Of a DNA stretch of 64,000 bases, positions 1 to 18,042 are shown piece after piece; position 1 is the stretch's first letter; each line of letters starts with the position of its first letter. The position numbers and the translations under genes were made by a program. Under the pieces are notes generated by a model. It did no database searches, was not told the DNA's origin, and worked only from the letters and a program-made list of their open reading frames with translations. Origin of the DNA: the human T2T-CHM13v2.0 reference genome, Homo sapiens; NCBI RefSeq assembly GCF_009914755.1, contig NC_060948.1. One strand, 5' to 3'.

Positions 1-59
1 TATACTATGACATATAAAATATATGAGGTTATATGTTACATATAAGGCATAGCACATAA

Positions 60-374
<315 letters not shown>

Positions 375-945
375 AGATCCATATTTTTTAAATGAAAAAA
401 AATTTCAAAGGTACTCTGCTTGGTACAATAATCAAATGTATAAACTGAGGAATAAAACATAACCATGAAACCTACTTATAACTGCATATGGAAAATACAG
501 AGGATAATTTTTTAAATACCATATTTTGAAAGCCTTAACTAGTAATTTGAAGAGTTGGCATTTGAAAGGCCAGTATGAATATTCCTTCAGAGCAGCAACA
601 CAGGTTCCCCATGAGAAAAAGCAAACTCAGGGAAAATGAAACCACAAAGGTTCAATCTCTTCTGACCTTTGAAAGACACAGCACAGACAGTGGTCCTTAG
701 GACGAAGAGCAGGAGACCCCTAATTCCGTCACCATGGCGATAGGGCATAAACATTGCTGGGTGAGGGCACAATCCACATTGTGAGGTCCAACTGCTGCCA
801 GGAAGACAGGAGTGCTTTTACATAGACCGAAAGGTCATTGAAGGCTCAGAGTTTTCTTTCAAGAACTGAATCCCAAGCCCACACGTTATTAGGCTGCGCT
901 TCTTAAAACAAGTTATGAGATGGGAAAAAGGGCACCCACAAACAT
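375..945. repeat. HSATI-like mid-GC segment of DYZ2 unit 1
   Basis: Complex-sequence segment between the Alu and the AT-rich tract, repeated at ~4079 and ~6468. Boundaries are approximate. Confidence 0.8.
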
Positions 946-4078
<3,133 letters not shown>

Positions 4079-4650
4079 AGATCCATATTTTTTAAATGAA
4101 AAAAAATTTCAAAGGTACTCTGCTTGGTACAGTAATCAAATCTATAAACTGAGGAATAAAACATAACCGTGAAACATACTTATAACTGCATATGGAAAAT
4201 ACAGAGTATAATTTTTTAAAATAACATATTTTGAAAGCCTTAACTAGTAATTTGAAGAGTTTGCATTTGAAAGGCCAGTATGAATATACCTTCAAAGCAG
4301 CAACACAGGTTCCAAATGAGAACAATCAAACTCAGGGAAAATAAAACCACAAATGTTCACTCTGTTCTGACCTTTGAAAAACACAGCACAGACAGTGGCA
4401 CTTAGGACCAAGAGCAGGAGATCCCTAATCCCGTCACCATGGCGATAGGGCATAAACATTGCGGGGTGAGGGCACAATGCACATTGTGAGGTCCAATTGC
4501 TGCCAGGAAGACAGGAGTGCTTTTACATAGACCGAAAGGTCATTGAAGGCTCAGATTTTCGTTTCAAAAACTGAATCCCAAGCCCACACGTTATTATGCT
4601 GCGCTTCTTAAAACAAGTTATGAGAAGGGAAATAGGGCACCCACAACATA
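4079..4650. repeat. HSATI-like segment of DYZ2 unit 2
   Basis: Paralogous to 375-945. Confidence 0.8.
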
Positions 4651-6175
4651 CGTATATAGTATGTATATAATAATATACACTATCATATATATAATATATA
4701 TAACCTATGTATAATATTGTTTTACATCCTGCATCTTATATTATATATATTATATGTAATATAATAATTGATAATATATAAGTTTATATTTATACAATAT
4801 GACATATAATATATATTATATTTTATGACATATATAATATAGATTATATATCATATATAGAATATACTATACGGTTAATATACGTATTAAATATATAATA
4901 TACATTATATATATTATATCTACGTTATATATAACATTAACTATAGATAATATATATATTATATCTATCTTATATATAATATAAAATAACAGATAATTAT
5001 ATATAATTGTATATATAAAATATGACATATAATATATATTATATTTTATGACATATATATCATATATATTATATATTATATATAATATGTTGTATGTATA
5101 ATACATATATTATATATATATTATAAGTCTAAATTATTAATTATATGTAATATATGTTATATATTACATATTTTACATTTCATACACATGTTACATACAA
5201 TATATACTATGTTACATGTTACCTAGAATTTATTATATATAATATAATGTATGTCATATATTATATATACTTTATAGTATGCAATATGTGGAATGTGATA
5301 TATATAACATGTAATATATGATATATGATATACGATATATGATATATAATATACAATATATGATACATTTTATATATGGTATACAATATATATTTTATGA
5401 TATATATTATATATGTTTTATATTATATTATACATAACCATTTAATTATATATAATTCTATAATACTGTAGGTAAATATATAATATAATACATATAACCA
5501 TATATTATGTTATTTATAATTTTATTACGTACATTCAATAATATATCATAATATAATATATATTATATTATATTATTTTATATTACATTATATATATTAT
5601 ATATCACATAGTATGTGTTACATACATAATATTTAAATATATATTACATTGTGATATATTAAATATTATATATATTATGTATGCTATACTGTATAATATA
5701 TATTATATATTATATAATATGCAGGGTGTCTATTATATGATATATATTATAATATATATAATTATATTATACATATAACGATATAAATATGTAATTATAT
5801 TTAACATTATTTATATTACATATAGTTATATAATCATATATAATAATTTATATTATAAAAATAATTATATCATTATATAAATTATAGTATATATAAATTA
5901 TAATATGTGATAAATAATATATATTATATATCATATATGATATAGCATATATGTTATATATCATATTATATATCAATTTACGTTATGATATCTATAATTA
6001 TATATTTTCATATATAAGATGTATAATATGAATTATATATTATATATGTTATTAAATATATACTTTATATAAAATGACACAGGATAAATGTTATATATTA
6101 TGACATATGATATATATGCGGTTATATATTATATATGAAGCATATTACATAACATATAATATATATCATATATAA
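4651..6175. repeat. AT-rich tract of DYZ2 unit 2 (normal length)
   Basis: Single copy of the AT-rich landmarks, ending in GACACAGGATAAA before the next Alu. Confidence 0.88.
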
Positions 6176-6467
<292 letters not shown>

Positions 6468-7035
6468 AGATCTATATTTTTTAAATGAAAAAAAATTTCA
6501 AAGTTATTCTGCTTGGTACAATAATCAAATATATAAACTGAGGGTTAAAACATAACCTTGGAACATATTTATAAGTGCATATGGAAAATACAGAGGATAA
6601 TTTTTTAAATAACATATTTTGAAAGCCTTAACTAGTAATTTGAAGAGTTGGCATTTGAAAGGCCAGTATGAATATACCTTCAAAGCAGCAACACAGGTTC
6701 CCCATGAGAAAAATCAAACTTAGGGAAAATAAAACCACAAAGGTTCAATCTTTTCTGACCTTTGAAAGACACAGCACAGACAGTGGTCCTTAGGACGAAG
6801 AGCAGGAGACCCCTAATTCCGTCACCATGGCGATAGGGCATAAACATTGCTGGGTGAGGGCACAATCCACATTGTGAGGTCCAACTGCTGCCAGGAAGAC
6901 AGGAGTGCTTTTACATAGACCCAAAGGTCATTGAAGGCTCAGTGTTTTGTTTCAAAAACTGAATCCCAAGCCCACACGTTATTATGCTGTGCTTCTTAAA
7001 AAAAGTTATGAGATGGGAAATAGGGCACCCACAAT
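6468..7035. repeat. HSATI-like segment of DYZ2 unit 3
   Basis: Paralogous to 375-945. Confidence 0.8.
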
Positions 7036-7940
7036 TATATCTATACATTATGTATATAATAATATATAGAATCATATATATAATATATGTAACATATATA
7101 TATAATACTGTTTTACATCCTGCAGTTATATTATATATATTATATGTATTATAATAACTGGTAATGTATAAGTATTATATTTATACACTATGACATATAA
7201 TAATTATATTTTATGCCGTATATAATATATATTATATATCATATACCAAATATATTATATGGTTAATATACGTATTAAATATATAATATACATTATAAAT
7301 ATTATATCTACGTTATATATAACATTCACTATAGTTAATATATATATTATATCTAGCTTATATATAATATAAAATAACATATAATAATATATAACTGTAT
7401 ATATAAAATATGACATATAATATATATTATATTTTATGACATATATATGATATGTATTATATATTATATATAATATGTTGTAAGTATAATACATGTATTA
7501 AATATATATTATATGTCTATGTTATTAATTATATGTAATATATGTTACATATTACATATTTGATATAGAATACACATGTTACATAGAATATATTCTATGT
7601 TACATATAACGTAGAATTTATTATGTGTAATATAATGTATGGCATATATTATAAATTCCTTATAATATACAATATGTGGAATGTGATATATATAACTTGT
7701 AATATATGATATATGATATACAATATATGTTATATAACATACAATATATGATACATAATATATATGGTATAGAATATATATTTTATGTTATATATTAAAT
7801 ATGTTTTATATTTTATTATATATAAATATTTAAAATTATATATAACTGTATAATGTTATACGTAAATATATAATATACTACATATAACCATATATTATGT
7901 TATATAAAATTTTATTACATACTTTCCATAATATATCATA
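7036..7940. repeat. Truncated AT-rich tract of DYZ2 unit 3
   Basis: Ends at ...CCATAATATATCATA, equivalent to position ~5550 of unit 2, so ~625 bp of the unit is missing. Confidence 0.88.
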
Positions 7941-10719
7941 TGGACTCCTTTGGAATGGTCTAGTATGCAATGCAATCGACTGGCAGGGAATTAAAAGGAA
8001 TGCAATCGAATGGATTGCACAGGAATGCAATGGACTCGAATAGATTGGAAACAGAATGCAAAGGAATGGAATGGAATAGTATGGAATGGAATGGAAAGGA
8101 ATGGAGTGGAATAGACTAGAGTAGAATGGAATTTACTCGAAAGCAATGGACTGGAATAAAACTTTCTTGAATGAGCTGGAATCAAACGGAATGGAATGCT
8201 GTGCAATCAAATAGAATGAAAGAGAATCAAATCCAATCGAATGGATTGGAAAGGAATTGACTGAAATGGAATGGACTAGAATGGAAGGCAAAGGAATGGA
8301 ATCTATAGGAATGGACTGTAATGGAATGGAATGGAAGGGATTGGAATGGAATCGAATGGAATGGACTGCAATAGAAAGGATTCGAATGGAATGAAAAAGA
8401 ATTGAATGGAATAGAACAGAATGGAATCAAATCGAATGAAATGGAATGGAATAGAAAGGATTCGAATGGAATGCAATCGAACGGAATGGAATCGAACGGA
8501 ATGGAATAAAATGGAAGAAAACTGGCAAGAAATGGAATCGAAATGAATGGAGTGTTATGGAACGGACTCAAAAGGAATTGAATGTAATAGAATGGAGTGG
8601 AGTGGACTCGAATATAATGGACTGGAATGGAATGAAATCACATGGAATGGGAACGAATGGAATGGAATGGAAAGGAATGGAATCGAATGGAAAGGAATCG
8701 AATGGAAGGGAATGCAATTGAATCAACAGGAATGGAAGGGAATAGAATAGACGGTAATGGAATGGACTCGAATAGAATGGACACGAATGCTCAAATTGAA
8801 TGGACTCGAATGGAATGGAAACGAAAGGAATGTCATCGAATGTAATTGAATTGATTGGAATGAAATCGCATAGAATGGAGTGGAATCAAATGGAATTGAA
8901 TCGAAAGGAAAGGAAGCGAATGGACTGAAATGAAATGGAATGGAATTGAATGGAAAGTAATGCAATGGAATAGAATGGAACGAAATTTCAAGGAATGGAA
9001 TCAAACTGAATGGAATCAAATCAATGGAATCAAATCAAATGGAATGGAAAGGAATTGAATGGAGTAGATGGGATTGGATGGGATTGGAATGAAATGTACT
9101 GGAAAGCACTCGAATTTCATGAAACGGAATGGAATGAATTGGAACGGAATGGACTCGAATGGAATGGAATGTCATGGAATGGCATCAAATGGAATGGCAT
9201 CAAATGGAATGGAATCGAATGCAATGGAATGCTATGGAATGGAATGGAATGCATTGGAATGGAATGTCCTCTAATGGAATGGATTCGAGTGGAATGGAAT
9301 CGAATATAATGGAGTCGAATGAAATGGAATTGAAAGGAATGGTACCGAATACAATGGAATATACAGGAATGTAATGTAATGAACTCGAATGTAATTGACT
9401 GCAATGGAATGTACATGAATGGAATGTAATCGAATGGAAAGTAATCCAATGGAATAGAATCTAATGCAATAAAATCGACTCAAATAGAGTAGAATGTAAT
9501 GGAATGGAGTGCAGTGCAATGGAATGGAATGGAATGGAATGCAGTGGAATGGAATGGAATGGAATGCAATGGAATGGAATGTATTAGAATGTAATGAACA
9601 TTAATGGAATGTACTCGAATGGATTCGACTGGAATGGAATGTTCTGGAAGTTTATGGACTCCAATGGAATAGATTCGAAAGGAATGGAATCGAACGGAAT
9701 GGAATCTAATGGAATGGAATTAAATGGAAATGAATCAAATTGAATAGCACGGAATTGAATTGAATGGAATAGAATGCAATGTAATCTAATGAAACAGAAA
9801 GGAAAGGAATGGAATGGAATGGAATGGGCTGGAATGGAATGGAATCGAAACGAATGGAATGGAATCGAACTAAAGAGACTGGAATGGAATGCACTGGAAT
9901 GGAAGGGAGTGTAATGGAAGGTTCTCGAAAAAAATGGAATCGAATGGAATGGAATTGAATGGAACGGAATAGAGTCGAATGGAATTGAATGGAATGGAAT
10001 GGACTAGAGTGAAATGGAATCGAACCACAAGGAATGGACAGGAATAGAATGGTCTCGAATTGAATGGAATCGTATGGAATGGCATCAAACGGAATGGAAT
10101 GGACAGCCACGGAATGGAATGCACTCGAATGCAATGGAGTCGAAACTAATGGACTGGAATAGAATGGACTCGACTGGTACGGACTCCAATGGAATGGAAT
10201 CGAATGGAAGGGAATCGAACGGAATGGACTCGAAGGGAAAAGACTGCAATGGAAAGGTCTCGAATGGAATGGAAATTAATGGAATGGAATGGAATCGAAT
10301 GAAGTGGAGTCAAAAGGAATGGAATCGAATGGCAAGAAATCGAATGTAATGGAATCGCAAGGAATTGATGTGAACGGAACGGAATGGAATGGAATCCAAA
10401 GGAATGGAATAGAATGGAATGGAATCAAATGGAAAGGACTCGAATGGAAATCACTGGAATAGAATGCAATTTAATAAAATAGGATCAAATGTAATGGAAT
10501 GGAATGGAAAGGAATCGAAACGAAAGGAATGGAGACAGATGGAATGGAATGGAACAGAGAGCAATGGTATAGAATGGAATGGAATCATCTGGAATGGAAT
10601 TGAATGGAATGCAATAACATGAAATGGAATGGAATGGAATGGAATGCCCTTGAATTAAATGGACTGGAATGGAATGAACTCGAACAGAGTGTAATGGAAA
10701 GTGTTGAAATAGAATGGAA
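7941..10719 (+). repeat. Junction-proximal shortened DYZ1 unit (2779 bp)
   Basis: The landmark TGGACTC.TTTGGAATGGTCTAGTATGC is at 7941 and next at 10720. The unit lacks the HaeIII-containing segment. Confidence 0.9.
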
Positions 10720-13700
10720 TGGACTCGTTTGGAATGGTCTAGTATGCAATGCAATCGACTGGCAGGGAATCAAAAGGAATGTAATCGAATGGATTGGACT
10801 GGAATGCAATGGACTTGAATAGATTGGAAACGGAATGCAAAGGAATGGAATGGAATAGTATGGAATGGAATGGAAAGGAATGGAGTGGAATAGACTAGAG
10901 TGGAATGGAATGGACTCAAAAGCAATGGACTGGAATGGAACTTTCTTGAATGGACTGGAATCAAACGGAATGGAATGCAATGCAATCAAATGGCATGGAA
11001 TAAAATAGAATGAAAGAGAATCAAATGGAATTGAATGGAATGGAATCGAATGGATTGGAAAGGAATAGAATGGAATGGAATGGAATTGACTCAAATGGAA
11101 TGGACTAGAATGGAATGGATTCGAATGGAAGGCAAAGGAATGTAATCTATTAGAATGGACTGTAATGGAATGGAATGGAAGGGATTGGAATGGACTCGAA
11201 TTGAATGGACTGCAATAGAAAGGATTCGAATGGAATGAAAAAGAATTGAATGGAATAGAACAGAATGGAATCAAATCGAATGAAATGGAATGGAATAAAA
11301 GGAATGGAATGAAATGGAATGGAAAGGATTCGAATGGAATGCAATCGAATGGAATGGAATCGAACGGAATGGAATAAAATGGAAGAAAACTGGCAAGAAA
11401 TGGAATCGAAATGAATGGAGTGTTATGGAACGGACTCAAAAGGAATTGAATGTAATAGAAATGAGTGGAGTGGACTCGAATATAATGGACTGGAATGGAA
11501 TGAAATCACATGGAATGGGAACGAATGGAATGGAATGGAAAGGAATGGAATCGAATGGAAAGGAATGGAATGGAAGGGAATGAAACTGAATCAACAGGAA
11601 TGGAAGGGAGTAGAATAGACGGTAATGGAATGGACTCGAATAGAATTGACACGAATGCACAAATTGAATGGACTCGAATGGAATGGAAACGAAAGGAATG
11701 TCATAGAATGGAATTGAATCGATTGGAATGAAATCGCATAGAATGGAGTGGAATCAAATGGAATTGAATCGAAAGGAAAGGAAGCGAATGGACTGAAATG
11801 GAATGGAATGGAATGGAAAGTAATGCAATGGAATAGAATGGAACGAAATTTCACGGAATGGAATCAAACTGAATGGAATCAAATCAATGGAATCTAATCA
11901 AATGGAATGGAAAGGAATTGAATGGAGTAGATTGGATTGGATGGGATTGGAATGAAATGGAATGGAAAGGACTCGAATTTCATGAAAAGGAATGGAATGA
12001 ATTGGAACGGAATGGACTCGAATGGAATGGAATGTCATGGAATTGCATCAAATGGAATGGCATCAAAGGGAATGGAATCGAATGCAATGGAGTGCTATGG
12101 AATGGAATGGAATGCATTGGAATGGAATGTCCTCTAATGGAATGGATTCGAGTGGAATGGAATCGAATATAATGGAGTCGAATGAAATGGAATTGAAAAG
12201 AATGGGATCGAATACAATGGAATATACTGGAATGTAACGTAATGAACTCGAATGTAATTGACTGGAATGGAATGTACATGAATGGAATGTAATCGAATGG
12301 AAAGTAATCCAATGGAATAGAATCTAATGCAATAAAATCGACTCAAATAGAATAGAATGCAATGGAATGGAGTGCAGTGCAATGGAATGGGATGGAATGG
12401 AATGCAATGGAATGGAATGGAATGGAATGGAATGCAATGGGATGGAATGGTATGGAATGGATAGTAATGGACTGGAGTGAAATGGACTGGAAAGGAATGG
12501 ACTCAAATTGAAATGTCTCGAAAGGAATGGAGTCAAATGGAATGGTCTGGAATGGAATGAACACGAATGTAATGCAATCCAATAGAATGGAATCGAATGG
12601 CATGGAATATAAAGAAATGGAATCGAAGAGAATGGAAACAAATGGAATGGAATTGAATGGAATGGAATTGAATGGAATGGGAACGAATGGAGTGAAATTG
12701 TATGCAGTAGAAGAGAATAGAATGGAATGCAAGCGAAAGGAAAGGAATGGATTGGAATGGAATGGAATTCATTGGAATGGAAGGGAATGTAGTGTAATGG
12801 ACAGGCCTGGAATAAAGTGGAATGCTACGGTCTCGAATGGAATAAAAATGTATGGAATGGAATGCAATGAAACGGAATCGAATGTCATAGAATGTAATGG
12901 AAAGCAAAAAAATGGAATCCAAAATCATTGACTGGAAAGGCTGGGTGTCGAAAGGAATTGACTCCAATGGAATGGAATCGAATGGAATGGAAGTGAATAG
13001 AATCGAACTAAATCGAATGGAATGGAATTGATAGGAACGGAATGGAAAGGAATGCAATGATTTGGCATGGAATGGAATCGAATGGCATCGAATGGAATGG
13101 AATGGAATGCAATGGAATGGAATATATTAGAATGTAATGAACTTTAATGGAATGTACTCGAATGGATTCGACTGGAATGGAATGTTGTGGAAGTGAATGG
13201 ACTCCAATGGAATGGATTCGAAAGGAATGGAATCGTACGGAATGGAATCTAATGGAATGGAATTAAATGGAAATGAATCAAATTGAATAGCACGGAATTG
13301 AATTGAATGGAATGGAATGCAATGGAATCTAATGAAACGGAAAGGAAAGGAATGGAATGGAATGGAATGGGCTGGAATGGAAAGGAATCGAAACGAATGG
13401 AATGGAATCGAACTGAAGAGACTGGAATGGAATGCACTGGAATGGAAGGGAGTGTAATGGAAGGTTCTCGAAAAAAATGGAATCGAATGGAATGGAATTG
13501 AATGGAACGGAATAGAGTCGAATGGAATTGAATGGAATGGAATGGACTAGAGTGAAATGGAATCGAACCACAAGGAATGGACAGGAATAGAATGGTCTCG
13601 AATTGAATGGAATCGTATGGAATGGCATCAAACGGAATGGAATGGACAGCCACGGAATGGAATGCACTCGAATGCAATGGAGTCGAAACTAATGGACTGG

Positions 13701-16700
13701 TATAGAATGGACTCGACTGGTACGGACTCCAATGGAATGGAATCGAATGGAAGGGAATCGAACGGAATGGACTCGAAGGGAAAAGACTGCAATGGAAAGG
13801 TCTCGAATGGAATGGAAATTAATGGAATGGAATGGAATGGAATGAAGTGGAGTCAAAAGGAATGGAATCGAATGGCAAGAAATCGAATGTAATGGAATCG
13901 CAAGGAATTGATGTGAACGGAACGGAATGGAATGGAATCCAAAGGAATGGAATAGAATGGAATGGAATCGAATGGAAAGGACTCGAATGGAAATCACTCG
14001 AATAGAATGCAATTTAATAAAATAGGATCAAATGTAATGGAATGGAATGGAAAGGCATGGAAACGAAAGGAATGGAGACAGATGGAATGGAATGGAACAG
14101 AGAGCAATGGTATAGAATGGAATGGAATCATCTGGAATGGAATTGAATGGAATGGAATAACATGAAATGGAATGGAATGGAATGGAATGCCCTTGAATTA
14201 AATGGACTGGAATGGAATGGACTCGAACAGAGTGGAATGGAAAGTGTTGAGATAGAATGGAACGGACTCCTTTGGAATGGTGTAGTATGCAATGCAATCG
14301 ACTGGCAGGGAATCAAAAGGAATGTAATCGAATGGATTGGACTGGAATGCAATGGATTCGAATAGATTGGAAACGGAATGCAAAGGAATGGAATGGAATA
14401 GTATGGAATGGAATGGAAAGGAATGGAGTGGAATAGACTAGAGTGGAATGGAATGGACTGGAAAGCAATGGACTGGAATGGAACTTTCTTGAATGGACTG
14501 GAATCAAACGGAATGGAATGCAATGCAATCAAATGGCATGGAATAAAATAGAATGAAAGAGAATCAAACAGAATTGAATCGAATGGAATCGAATGGATTG
14601 GAAAGGAATAGAATGGAATGGAATGGAATTGACTCAAATGGAATGGACTAGAATGGAATGGATTCGAATGGAAGGCAAAGGAATGGAATCTATTGGAATG
14701 GACTGTAATGGAATGGAATGGAAGGGATTGGAATGGACTCGAATGGAATGGACTGCAATAGAAAGGATTCGAATGGAATGAAAAAGAATTGAATGGAATA
14801 GAACAGAATGGAATCAAATCGAATGAAATGGAATGGAATAGAAAGGAATGGAATGAAATGGAATGGAAAGGATTCGAATGGAATGCAATCGAATGGAATG
14901 CAATCGAATGGAATGGAATCGAATTGAATGGAATAAAATGGAAGAAAACTGGCAAGAAATGGAATCGAAATGAATGGAGTGTTATGGAACGGACTCAAAA
15001 GGAATTGAATGTAATAGAATGGAGTGGAGGGACTCGAATATAATGGACTGGAATGGAATGAAATCACATGGAATGGGAACGAATGGAATGGAGTGGAAAG
15101 GAATGGAATCGAATGGAAAGGAATCGAATGGAAGGGAATGAAATTGAATCAACAGGAATGGAAGGGAATAGAATAGACGGTAATGGAATGGACTCGAATA
15201 GAATGGAAACGAATGCTCAAATTGAATGGACTCGAGTGGAATGGAAACGAAACGAATGTCATCGAATGGAATTGAATCGATTGGAATGAAATCGCATAGA
15301 ATGGACTGGAATCAAATGGAATTGAGTCGAAAGGAAAGGAAGCCAATGGACTGAAATGAAATGGAATGGAATTGAATGGAAAGTAATGCAATGGAATAGA
15401 ATGGAACGAAATTTCACGGAATGGAATCAAACTGAATGGAATCAAATCAATGGAATATAATCAAATGGAATGGAAAGGAATTGAATGGAGTAGATGGGAC
15501 TGGATGGGATTGGAATGAAATGTACTGGAAAGGACTCGAATTTCATGAAACGGAATGGAATGAATTGGAACGGAATGGACTCGAATGGAATGGAATGTCA
15601 TGGAATGGCATCAAATGGAATGGAATCGAATGCAATGGAATGCTATGGAATGGAATGGAATGCATTGGAATGGAATGTCCTCTAATGGAATGGATTCGAG
15701 TGGAATGGAATCGAATATAATGGAGTCGAATGAAATGGAATTGAAAGGAATGGGATCGAATACAATGGAATATACTGGAATGTAACGTAATGAACTCGAA
15801 TGTAATTGACTGGAATGGAATGTACATGAATGGAATGTAATCGAATGGAAAGTAATCCAATGGAATAGAATCTAATGCAATAAAATCGACTCAAATAGAA
15901 TAGAATGGAATGGAATGGAGTGCAGTGCAATGGAATGGAAGGGAATGGAATGCAATGGAATGGAATGTAATGGAATGGAATGGAATGGGATGGAATGGTA
16001 TGGAATGGATAGTAATGGACTGGAGTGAAATGGACTGGAAAGGAATGGACTCAAATTGAAAGGGCTCGAAAGGAATGCAGTCAAATGGAATGATCTGGAA
16101 TGGAATGAACACGAATGTAATGCAATCCAATAGAATGGAATCGAATGGCATGGAATATAAAGAAATGGAATCGAAGAGAATGGAAACAAATGGAATGGAA
16201 TTGAATGGAATGGAATTGAATGGAATGAGAATGAATGGAGTGAAATTGTATGCAGTAGAAGAGAATAGAATGGAATGCAAGCGAAAGGAAAGGAATGGAT
16301 TGGAATGGAATGGAATTCATTGGAATGGAAGGGAATGTAGTGTAATGGACAGGCCTGGAATAAAGTGGAATGCTACGGTCTCGAATGGAATAAAAATGTA
16401 TGGAATGGAATGCAATGAAACGGAATCGAATGTCATAGAATGTAATGGAATGCAAAAAAATGGAATCCAAAATCATTGACTGGAAAGGTTGGGTGTCGAA
16501 AGGAATTGACTCCAATGGAATGGAATCGAATGGAATGGAAGTGAATAGAATCGAACTAAAACGAATGGAAGGGAATTGATAGGAACGGAATGGAAAGGAA
16601 TGCAATGATTTGGCATGGAATGGAATCGAATGGCATCGAATGGAATGGAATGGAATGGAATGGAATGGAATGTATTAGAATGTAATGAACTTTAATGGAA

Positions 16701-16726
16701 TGTACTCGAATGGATTCGACTGGAAT

Positions 16727-16741
16727 GGAATGTTCTGGAAG
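16727..16741. promoter_or_regulatory. Canonical heat-shock element motif 1 (representative copy; recurs in most DYZ1 units)
   Basis: gGAAt gTTCt gGAAg matches nGAAnnTTCnnGAAn. Motif match only; binding is not shown. Confidence 0.5.
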
Positions 16742-17006
16742 TGAATGGACTCCAATGGAATGGATTCGAAAGGAATGGAATCGAACGGAATGGAATCTAA
16801 TGGAATGGAATTAAATGGAAATGAATCAAATTGAATAGCACGGAACTGAATTGAATGGAATGGAATGCAATGGAATCTAATGAAACGGAAAGGAAAGGAA
16901 TGGAATGGAATGGAATGGGCTGGAATGGAATGGAATCGAAACAAATGGAATGGAATCGAACTGAAGAGACTGGAATGGAATGCACTGGAATGGAAGGGAG
17001 TGTAAT

Positions 17007-17021
17007 GGAAGGTTCTCGAAA
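17007..17021. promoter_or_regulatory. Canonical heat-shock element motif 2 (representative copy)
   Basis: gGAAg gTTCt cGAAa matches nGAAnnTTCnnGAAn. Motif match only. Confidence 0.5.
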
Positions 17022-18027
17022 AAAATGGAATCGAATGGAATGGAATTGAATGGAACGGAATAGAGTCGAATGGAATTGAATGGAATGGAATGGACTAGAG
17101 TGAAATGGAATCGAACCACAAGGAATGGACAGGAATAGAATGGTCTCGAATTGAATGGAATCGTATGGAATGGCATCAAACGGAATGGAATGGACGGCCA
17201 CGGAATGGAATGCACTCGAATGCAATGGAGTCGAAACTAATGGACTGGAATAGAATGGACTCGACTGGTACGGACTCCAATGGAATGGAATCGAATGGAA
17301 GGGAATCGAACGGAATGGACTCGAAGGGAAAAGACTGCAATGGAAAGGTCTCGAATGGAATGGAAATTAATGGAATGGAATGGAATCGAATGAAATGGAG
17401 TCAAAAGGAATGGAATCGAATGGCAAGAAATCGAATGTAATGGAATCGCAAGGAATTGATGTGAACGGAACGGAATGGAATGGAATCCAAAGGAATGGAA
17501 TAGAATGGAATGGAATCGAATGGAAAGGACTCGAATGGAAATCACTCGAATAGAATGCAATTTAATAAAATAGGATCAAATGTAATGGAATGGAATGGAA
17601 AGGAATCGAAACGAAAGGAATGGAGACAGATGGAATGGAATGGAACAGAGAGCAATGGTATAGAATGGAATGGAATCATCTGGAATGGAATTGAATGGAA
17701 TGGAATAATATGAAATGGAATGGAATGGAATGGAATGCCCTTGAATTAAATGGACTGGAATGGAATGGACTCGAACAGAGTGGAATGGAAAGTGTTGAAA
17801 TAGAATGGAATGGACTCGTTTGGAATGGTCTAGTATGCAATGCAATAGACTGGCAGGGAATCAAAAGGAATGTAATCGAATGGATTGGACTGGAATGCAA
17901 TGGACTCGAATAGATTGGAAACGGAAAGCAAAGGAATGGAATGGAATAGTATGGAATGGAATGCAAAGGAATGGAGTGGAATAGACTAGAGTGGAATGGA
18001 ATGGACTCGAAAGCAATGGACTGGAAT

Positions 18028-18042
18028 GGAACTTTCTTGAAT
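18028..18042. promoter_or_regulatory. Canonical heat-shock element motif 3 (representative copy)
   Basis: gGAAc tTTCt tGAAt matches nGAAnnTTCnnGAAn. Motif match only. Confidence 0.5.

Noticed and set aside
11889-11900. DUX4-like motif GAATCTAATCA
   Set aside because: It mismatches the TAAT half-site, is variable between units and arises easily by chance in this sequence.
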